From: Promethearchaeota archaeon
GTDB lineage: Archaea > Asgardarchaeota > Lokiarchaeia > Sigyniarchaeales > SOKP01
DNA length: 64,000 nt
Direction: 5' to 3'
NCBI GenBank assembly: GCA_048938895.1
Contig: JBHLLU010000007.1
Location: forward strand, 32,001-96,000
How positions within the stretch are numbered: position 1 is the stretch's first letter; every line of letters starts with the position of its first letter. Under the pieces are notes generated by a model. That model searched no databases, was not told where the DNA came from, and worked only from the letters and a program-made list of their open reading frames with translations. Made by a program: the position numbers and the translations under genes. Shown here one piece after another: positions 57,586 to 64,000 of this stretch.

Positions 57586-58236
57586 CTATCTTCTATTTTT
57601 TATAAATCTATAGACATTTACATCAATAGTTTTTACTTTCTTTTTATGGAATTGAAAGGTTCTCTCAAGAGTCATTCTATGGGCGAAGAAATTATCAATA
57701 CGCCAACCGAATTTCTCAGAAAATTTAGATATGAAATTATAAACTTTGTCTCCCGCAAGATGGATAGAGTAAACTACATTTGATATGGAGAATGCTTTTT
57801 CTAAAAAAATGCGATCAGCAGCTCTTTTTTTTACTCCAAATGGGGGATTCATAATTGTGGTGACTTCTAAATTCTTTAAAAATGTACCTTTCGAAAATTC
57901 AAGATAGTTTATATCACAGCAGAAGGGTAATATGACTTTTTCGAGTCCCAACTTAGAAATGTTCATTTTTAAGGTTTTTAAAGCAAGTAGATCTATATCT
58001 ATGCTTAATATAGTTTCGGCATTTAAGAGAGCGCTTGCTACTGACAATCTTCCGGTTCCAGAACCGAAATCAATAACAAATTTGTTTCGGATATCGTTAA
58101 ACTCAAAACCAGCGAAATATATTATATCTACGGCACTATTAGCATCAATACAATATTGTTCTAATTCTACTTTAGGATTAACGAATGGTTCAGTGTTTTG
58201 GATGATAGAAATTAATTGCTTCTTGTTGATATTCAT
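57586..58236 (-). CDS. METTL5-family RNA methyltransferase
   Basis: PKVELEQY, DFGSGTG, MNPPFG, FHKK. Confidence 0.9.
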   Translation of the reverse strand: MNINKKQLISIIQNTEPFVNPKVELEQYCIDANSAVDIIYFAGFEFNDIRNKFVIDFGSGTGRLSVASALLNAETILSIDIDLLALKTLKMNISKLGLEKVILPFCCDINYLEFSKGTFLKNLEVTTIMNPPFGVKKRAADRIFLEKAFSISNVVYSIHLAGDKVYNFISKFSEKFGWRIDNFFAHRMTLERTFQFHKKKVKTIDVNVYRFIKNRR

Positions 58237-58338
58237 CCGTGAAAATGTTATCTCTTTTAAAATTAATTCATTAAATTTATTTATTTTATTTAATACTATT
58301 TATTTAAATTAGAAAGAAATTGGGAAATTAAAAGATTA

Positions 58339-58950
58339 TTGTTGATGTTATTGGATAAAAAATCTATAAAAAATGATGATATCGTTTTAACGGGTCAATA
58401 TCTTGGAGTTGTCGAAGAATTTCTCCCCGATAAGCAATCAACATTTGTTAAAGATGGTCAAATTTATGCAACAAAGACTGGATTAATAAGTATTGATAAC
58501 GAAAAGAGAAAAATAGAGATAAAAACTCATCAAGAAAAAGACCGAAAAACCGTTAAAGTCGGAGATATTGTTATTGGTACTATTTTGTTTTTACGTCAAT
58601 ATTCTGTTGGTTTAAATTTCTACACGATAAACCAGAAAATCCATTTTAATTCAAGTTGTTTTGGCAATATTCATGTATCTCAGATTTCAGAGAAATATAT
58701 AGATAAAATTTCTGATGCATTTCAAATTACAGACATCATTCGAGCTCGAGTCATTAATCTTAATTTTAATGAATATAACTTAAGTACGAGTGAGAAACAT
58801 TTAGGAGTTATTTACGCAGATTGTGTGATATGTGGAACACCTCTTGATAAAATTGGTTATAATAAATTAAGATGTGAGAGATGTGGAAATACTGAAACCA
58901 GGAAGTTAGCGGATGATTACAGAAATGTATCAGAAGCTCTAAAATTTTAA
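58339..58950 (+). CDS. csl4: Exosome subunit Csl4
   Basis: EEFLP N-domain, S1 domain IHVSQIS..DIIRARV, Zn ribbon CVICG...CERCG..ETRK. Confidence 0.9.
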   Translation: MLMLLDKKSIKNDDIVLTGQYLGVVEEFLPDKQSTFVKDGQIYATKTGLISIDNEKRKIEIKTHQEKDRKTVKVGDIVIGTILFLRQYSVGLNFYTINQKIHFNSSCFGNIHVSQISEKYIDKISDAFQITDIIRARVINLNFNEYNLSTSEKHLGVIYADCVICGTPLDKIGYNKLRCERCGNTETRKLADDYRNVSEALKF

Positions 58951-59015
58951 TTTGTTTCACTTTAAATTAATAAAGATTTAAAAAAACCATAGAATCTCTT
59001 AAACGGTGTTTTAAT

Positions 59016-59234
59016 TTGAGGAAAATGGGTAAAAAAGTGATTCATTTTTATAATAATAGTGGTTCTTTAGATAATATTGTTAAATTTCTCGAAAATATCC
59101 AAAAAAAAGTTAATTATCTTAGCTTAAATGTAAATGTTGAGGGAAAGAGCATTAAAATAACTTTATTTGGTTCTCGAGATCTTCAGAACCTTGCAACTGA
59201 AAAATTAAAAGACTTAGCTAATGAGTTTCTGTAA
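59016..59234 (+). CDS. Small hypothetical protein between csl4 and rpoL
   Basis: Co-oriented 72-aa ORF with GGTG SD-like motif upstream. Confidence 0.55.
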   Translation: MRKMGKKVIHFYNNSGSLDNIVKFLENIQKKVNYLSLNVNVEGKSIKITLFGSRDLQNLATEKLKDLANEFL

Positions 59235-59329
59235 AAATTGACTTTTATTTATAAAACCATAAAAAATTTATTTTATTTTAAATATTTTTACTTAGTATTT
59301 TTATTTCTTAATGATTTGGAGTTTTAATA

Positions 59330-59842
59330 ATGGCAAAGAAAAAAGCTGTCAAACCAGAAGTAGAAGAGGATGACGATCTAGAGGACTTTGAAGATGAATT
59401 TTTTGATAAAGAGGATGATGAGATTGCCAGTGAATATCCTAAAGTAAGTGAAAAAGAAGAGAAAAAAGTAATAAGTTCAGTATCAGATGAAGAAGATTTA
59501 GAATCTCTTTCCGAAGAGGAATATGAATTAGAAGAAGAAGCTAGATTTCCAGATTATAAACATTTAAAACTAAAACTCATTAAAACCATTGGAAAAAACG
59601 ATTATGAATTGATGATCGAAGGTCAATCACATGGATTCTGTAATATTCTCGTAAAACATTTACTTAATACTGAAGGTGTAAATGCGGCAGCTTATAAGGT
59701 AACAGGTCTAGTACCCGCCCAAATTTTTATACGTCTTGACGACAGTGATAAGTATAAAATTAAAAAAATTTTACTTAAAGCAATTGAATCTCTGAGAGAG
59801 GAAGTGTTAGAAGTTCAGAACTTGTTTAAGAAATTAACATAA
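59330..59842 (+). CDS. rpoL: RNA polymerase subunit Rpo11 (RpoL)-like with acidic N-terminal extension
   Basis: YELMIEGQSHGFCNILVKHLLNTEGVNAAAY resembles the Rpo11 core; conserved csl4-rpoL-DUF99 neighbourhood. Confidence 0.75.
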   Translation: MAKKKAVKPEVEEDDDLEDFEDEFFDKEDDEIASEYPKVSEKEEKKVISSVSDEEDLESLSEEEYELEEEARFPDYKHLKLKLIKTIGKNDYELMIEGQSHGFCNILVKHLLNTEGVNAAAYKVTGLVPAQIFIRLDDSDKYKIKKILLKAIESLREEVLEVQNLFKKLT

Positions 59843-59897
59843 ATTGCTCTCAATCTTTTATGAAACTTTATAAGAAGCCATAATTCAACTTATCTTA

Positions 59898-60350
59898 ATG
59901 GATTATAAGTTTTTAATTAAGGATTTAGATCTAAATAAATCCCAAAAAGAAATAGGAACAGATAAGGGATTAGCAAAAATCGGAGATGGAATTGTAAATC
60001 TTACATATTCTATGGCTAAATCAATTTATTTAACGAAAAATAGCCCATATAGCAATATAATTAGAACTGGGACAAAAGTTAGTAAAACAATATTAGCCAA
60101 TGCTTTAAAGAATGCCAATTTGAAAAGTTTTGCTAAAAATCGTGCTGATGCACATGATCTTGCTGATACTGCTGAAGCTATAGTCGCCTATCTTTGGTTA
60201 AGTAGAAAAGTTGATATTCACGAAATTATTGACTTCTTATCCAATAATTTTTCCGGAGATTTTAATATTAGAAACGAGGAAATAAAAGGTGCTACAGAAG
60301 CTTTTACTAAATTTTTTAATTATATTGAGGATTTTTTACCTAAGAAATAA
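59898..60350 (+). CDS. Archaeal ribonuclease III-like protein
   Basis: DKGLAKIGDGIVN signature-like helix; ADTAEAIVAYLW. Confidence 0.7.
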   Translation: MDYKFLIKDLDLNKSQKEIGTDKGLAKIGDGIVNLTYSMAKSIYLTKNSPYSNIIRTGTKVSKTILANALKNANLKSFAKNRADAHDLADTAEAIVAYLWLSRKVDIHEIIDFLSNNFSGDFNIRNEEIKGATEAFTKFFNYIEDFLPKK

Positions 60351-60354
60351 TATT

Positions 60355-60915
60355 ATGAAAGATAATCCAATTACAATTGGAATAGATGATTCCACTTTTA
60401 ATTTAAAATCTGGGTTGAAGACAACTCAGTTAATAGGGGTAGTGTGTCAAGGTATTAGGATGGTAAATGTATTAAAAACTGAAATTAATATTGATGGGAA
60501 TGACGCTACCGAAAAATTAATCGACCTTGTTCGCCAAAATGAGAAACATATTCAATTTATATTTACGCATACTATAACATTTGGTGGTTTCAACATTATC
60601 GATCTTGATTATATATTTAGGGAAGTAAAAAAACCAATTATCGCACTTAATGATCGAGAGGTTAATCTGGATTCTGTAATTAATGCGCTTATTAAAAAAT
60701 TCCCAAAAAATTATAAAAAAAAAATTAAATATATATCAAACGCAGGATATTTATATCAAGACACCATCAAGACTGCAGGAGGAGCTTCAACAGTTTATTT
60801 CCATGCTAAAGGTATTGAAATTAATGACGTAAACCTTTTAATACAAAAGAGTAGTATTGATTCAAAGTTACCAGAATGTCTTCGCTTAGCACATTTAATT
60901 GGGAAACTGTTCTAA
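60355..60915 (+). CDS. DUF99 (UPF0215) endonuclease V-like protein
   Basis: IGIDDS, IDGNDAT, ITFGGFNIID, LPECLRLAH; ATG 60355 avoids overlap. Confidence 0.85.
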   Translation: MKDNPITIGIDDSTFNLKSGLKTTQLIGVVCQGIRMVNVLKTEINIDGNDATEKLIDLVRQNEKHIQFIFTHTITFGGFNIIDLDYIFREVKKPIIALNDREVNLDSVINALIKKFPKNYKKKIKYISNAGYLYQDTIKTAGGASTVYFHAKGIEINDVNLLIQKSSIDSKLPECLRLAHLIGKLF

Positions 60916-60923
60916 ATAATTAT

Positions 60924-61406
60924 TTACTTTTTATTCAGCATCTCATATTCTAAAATTCGTTTAATTCTCCCACGTAAGTCTAATCTAATCGCAGACATTC
61001 CGTAAGTGGGGATACCTAACTTTTCTTCGACTTGTTCTGCGCTTAACGCGTTAGGCAAATCTTGTTTATTTGCTATGGCTATCATTTTTGAGCCGATATA
61101 ACGAGAAAATTTTTTATAGATCTCTTTTGTCTTCTCGATATTATCTTCAGTAGAATCACAAACTAATATAGCTAATCCAGCTCCTTTTAAAAAATCTCTC
61201 CACATGAATCTAAAACGTTCTTGACCACCAAAGTCCCAAATGTTTACCTTACTTCCGTTTAACGTTGAATCCTCTATTTCTAATCCAACTGTGGGATTTG
61301 TTTCTTTGTAGATTTTTCTTCCTTGGAGTAAAGATAACAATGAAGACTTCCCAACCCCACTATGACCAACAAAACATATCTTTGCTTTTGTTGTTTGAAC
61401 CTTCAA
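60924..61406 (-). CDS. Small Ras-superfamily GTPase (Arf/Rab-like)
   Basis: GHSGVGKSS, PTVG, WDFGGQERFR, ANKQD, SA. Confidence 0.92.
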   Translation of the reverse strand: MKVQTTKAKICFVGHSGVGKSSLLSLLQGRKIYKETNPTVGLEIEDSTLNGSKVNIWDFGGQERFRFMWRDFLKGAGLAILVCDSTEDNIEKTKEIYKKFSRYIGSKMIAIANKQDLPNALSAEQVEEKLGIPTYGMSAIRLDLRGRIKRILEYEMLNKK

Positions 61407-61611
61407 TCAACCTTTTCTATGTAAAACACCGTTATGTAGAAAAGGCAAATCCGGTTTCAAAAATTAAAATAATATTCGTATAATACGTAAATAACCCAAT
61501 AGATAATAAAGATAATATTGAAACTGAAAATTTTGAAATAACCAAAAGATTTAAAATAAATTTTTAAAACAAAACGATTTAAAATAAAAGTTCAAAAAAA
61601 AAGTTTTTTCT

Positions 61612-62913
61612 TTAGGCTCCTGTGTCGATTTCCTTAACTATTCCAACGGCGACAGTGCGTCCCATGTCCCGTACAGCAAATCGGCCCATCTCAGGGAAAT
61701 CATTATACTTTTCGAGACACATTTTCTTGATGGGTGATAATTCTACAATTGCAGATTCATTTCTCTTGAGGAACTTAGGAGAATCCTCAATTACAGCCCC
61801 TGTTTTCTGATCTAATTTTTTAACCAAGCTTGCAAACCTTGCAGCAACTTGAGCAGTGTGAGCATGAACCACTGGTGTATATCCTTGTGCTACAGCAGTT
61901 GGGTGCCATATAACTATAATTTGCCCCGTCCATTTTCCCTTTGGGGTAATTACAGTAGGAATATTACTTGGATGACCTAAGCAATCACCTCGACTTGCAT
62001 CTTGCATTGTAATTCCACGAATACTCATTCCTATATTATCACCAGGTTCAGCTTGAGGTATTTCTTCATGATGCATCTCAATTGTTCTAATTTCTCCTTT
62101 AAAACCAGTGGGCATTATAACTACTTGATCACCTTTCTTCAAAATTCCTGTTTCTACCCGTCCCACTGGTACAACACCAGTTCCTTTAATTCTATAAGAA
62201 TCTTGAATTGGAACTCTTAAAGGTTTGCCTGTAGGTTTCTCTGGGAGCACGAATTTATCAATAGCTTCAATTAATGTTGGTCCGTCATACCAAGATAATT
62301 TATCGCTCTTCTTCGAGAGATTATCCATTGCCATACCACTCGTTGGAACGAATGGTACATCCTTTACCCGAAAACCGATATTTTTAAGAAGATCTCCAAC
62401 AGATTCTTTTACTTCATTAAAACGGTCCTCACTATAGTCATACACGTCAGCTTTATTCACAGCAACTACAAGCTGTTTTACACCTAGAGTTTGTGCTAAA
62501 TAAGCATGCTCTCTAGTCTGACCATTGGCAGCAATACCTACTTCCATTTCACCTTTCTTGCCAGAAACGACGAGGATTGCGGCGTCAGCTTGGCTGGCGC
62601 CAGTTATCATGTTCTTGACAAAATCGGCATGGCCAGGAGCATCAATAATAGTAAAATATCGATTTGGAGTTTCAAACTTACGAAATGCTAAATCGATTGT
62701 GATACCACGCTGTCGTTCTTCTTTTAGCTTGTCAAACACAAATGCATATGACCAAGATTCTCTATCATATTCTTTTGCAAGTTTTTCCAATTCCCGGGCT
62801 TCTCTTTCAGTGACCGCACCTGTTTCAATGAGTAAAGCACCCATCATGGTGCTTTTGCCGTGATCAATATGTCCTATAATTACTAGGTTTAAATGAGGTT
62901 TATCAGTTGGCAT
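61612..62913 (-). CDS. tuf: Translation elongation factor EF-1 alpha
   Basis: GHIDHGKST, RGITID, DAPGH, GQTREH, VPVGRVETG, GRFAVRDMG. Confidence 0.97.
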   Translation of the reverse strand: MPTDKPHLNLVIIGHIDHGKSTMMGALLIETGAVTEREARELEKLAKEYDRESWSYAFVFDKLKEERQRGITIDLAFRKFETPNRYFTIIDAPGHADFVKNMITGASQADAAILVVSGKKGEMEVGIAANGQTREHAYLAQTLGVKQLVVAVNKADVYDYSEDRFNEVKESVGDLLKNIGFRVKDVPFVPTSGMAMDNLSKKSDKLSWYDGPTLIEAIDKFVLPEKPTGKPLRVPIQDSYRIKGTGVVPVGRVETGILKKGDQVVIMPTGFKGEIRTIEMHHEEIPQAEPGDNIGMSIRGITMQDASRGDCLGHPSNIPTVITPKGKWTGQIIVIWHPTAVAQGYTPVVHAHTAQVAARFASLVKKLDQKTGAVIEDSPKFLKRNESAIVELSPIKKMCLEKYNDFPEMGRFAVRDMGRTVAVGIVKEIDTGA

Positions 62914-63297
62914 AATTCATCAATTTCCTCTATTTTTATTATTTTTATTCAATCTAAATTTTAATTATATATTCAATTTAATTTTTATTAGATGTTAATT
63001 GTAAATGTCGATGAGTTTATATTTTTTACTATATTTAACTCTTAATTTTCGAGGATTTGACCTCAAAATAAATAATATTGCATAATTTAATTCTTTTTAC
63101 TCAATGTTTTAAAGGTAATTCAATTTACAGTAACTTCAGTCAGAGTTCAATTTTTCAAACTATTTATTGTCAAATTTCATAATATGATAATAGTTTTAAG
63201 TACAAGGATAAGAGGATTTTTAATAAAACAAGAAATATAAACGAGTTGAAATTTAACTAAATATTGAAAAAAATTATTGAAAATAAGGGGGATAAAT

Positions 63298-64000
63298 ATG
63301 GTAAATGGATATACTGGTAATATTCTTAGAGTGGATTTAAAGAATGAAAAAACTTCAATAGAAAATCCCGAGGAAATTTTCTACCGTCGATATATAGGAG
63401 GTGAAGGTATTGTAGCCTACTATCTCTTAAAGGAATTAAAAGCAGGTGTAGATCCATTAGGTCCTGAAAATAAGTTAATTTTTGCTACTGGTCCTTTGAC
63501 TGGATATGCGATTCCTGGGACGGGGAGAAATAGTGTTGGTGCTAAGTCGCCTTTGACAGGAGGATTTGGTGAAGCCGAAGTGGGTGGTCATTGGGGAGCA
63601 GAGTTAAAGCATGCAGGAGTTGACGTGATAATAATAGAAGGAAAATCAAAAAGTCCTGTTTATCTATGGATAAATGATGGAAAAGTGGAAATTAAGGATG
63701 CAAGTCATCTCTGGGGCAAAATTACAGGTGAAACAGAAGCAATAATTAAAAAAGAGCTAAACGATGAGTTTATCCGAGTAGCACAAATTGGACCTGGAGG
63801 AGAAAACCTAGTGCGTTATGCTTGTGTTATAAACGACTTAAGAAATGCTGCTGGTCGTAGTGGTTTAGGTGCTGTAATGGGATCCAAGAATCTAAAAGCT
63901 ATAGCTGTAAGAGGACATAAAAAGCTTGATATCAGTAATAAAGAGAATCTAAGAGCAAAAATGAGAGAATTTAACGAGGTGGCTTATAAACCCGTTTCAG
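63298..64000 (+). CDS. aor: Aldehyde:ferredoxin oxidoreductase family (W/Mo), truncated by window end
   Basis: Not in ORF track; MVNGYTGNILRVDL...YIGGEG...DPLGPENKLIFATGPLTG...KSPLTGG...GPGGENLV...GRSGLGAVMGSKNLKAI. Confidence 0.92.
   Translation, partial: MVNGYTGNILRVDLKNEKTSIENPEEIFYRRYIGGEGIVAYYLLKELKAGVDPLGPENKLIFATGPLTGYAIPGTGRNSVGAKSPLTGGFGEAEVGGHWGAELKHAGVDVIIIEGKSKSPVYLWINDGKVEIKDASHLWGKITGETEAIIKKELNDEFIRVAQIGPGGENLVRYACVINDLRNAAGRSGLGAVMGSKNLKAIAVRGHKKLDISNKENLRAKMREFNEVAYKPVS

Noticed and set aside
60289-60354. N-terminal extension of the DUF99 ORF
   Set aside because: Overlaps the upstream gene; homology begins at ATG 60355.
2548-62863. Many short antisense or nested ORFs in the track (e.g. 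23562..23924, 32151..32576, 38385..38792, 62525..62863)
   Set aside because: They are shadows of well-supported genes, with no independent motifs.
62914-63297. Long tuf-aor intergenic region as a possible ncRNA
   Set aside because: Very AT-rich, no stable structure seen; consistent with divergent promoters.
1-64000. Selenocysteine readthrough, inteins, tRNA/rRNA, CRISPR arrays, IS elements
   Set aside because: No conserved protein appears split at an in-frame TGA, and no intein termini, cloverleafs, repeat-spacer arrays or transposases were seen by eye; covariance searches were not run.

Overview
AT-rich archaeal chromosomal window, most likely Asgard/Lokiarchaeia. The evidence is TFB, aIF5B, class I CCA enzyme, AglB, RFC, Csl4, Rpo11, EF-1a, an EF-2 lacking the diphthamide HRG motif, three Ras-superfamily small GTPases and a Loki-type IPGY-TM-basic C-terminal sorting signal. 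The flanks are mostly housekeeping genes. About 20 kb between uvrB and uvrA holds an anaerobic catabolic module: a TetR regulator, a glycyl-radical activating enzyme, two tandem atypical glycyl-radical enzymes (GREs), an Opp/Dpp-type ABC importer whose two ATPases are fused to multi-pass membrane domains, an Fe-S protein, a crotonase and a corrinoid protein/UroD-fold methyltransferase pair. A shared palindrome, TAAATT(A/T)AC-N3-GT(A/T)AATTTA, lies immediately downstream of the TATA box of both GRE genes and of the solute-binding protein gene. A degenerate copy lies in front of tetR, which suggests a regulon. Other oddities are a Rab-like pseudo-GTPase fused to a ~900-aa alpha-solenoid, Taw1 with an inserted wHTH, AglB with five C-terminal beta-rich repeats, and a probable ATA start codon. 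I recognised no tRNA, rRNA, CRISPR array or mobile element. All calls come from reading motifs by eye; no searches were run.
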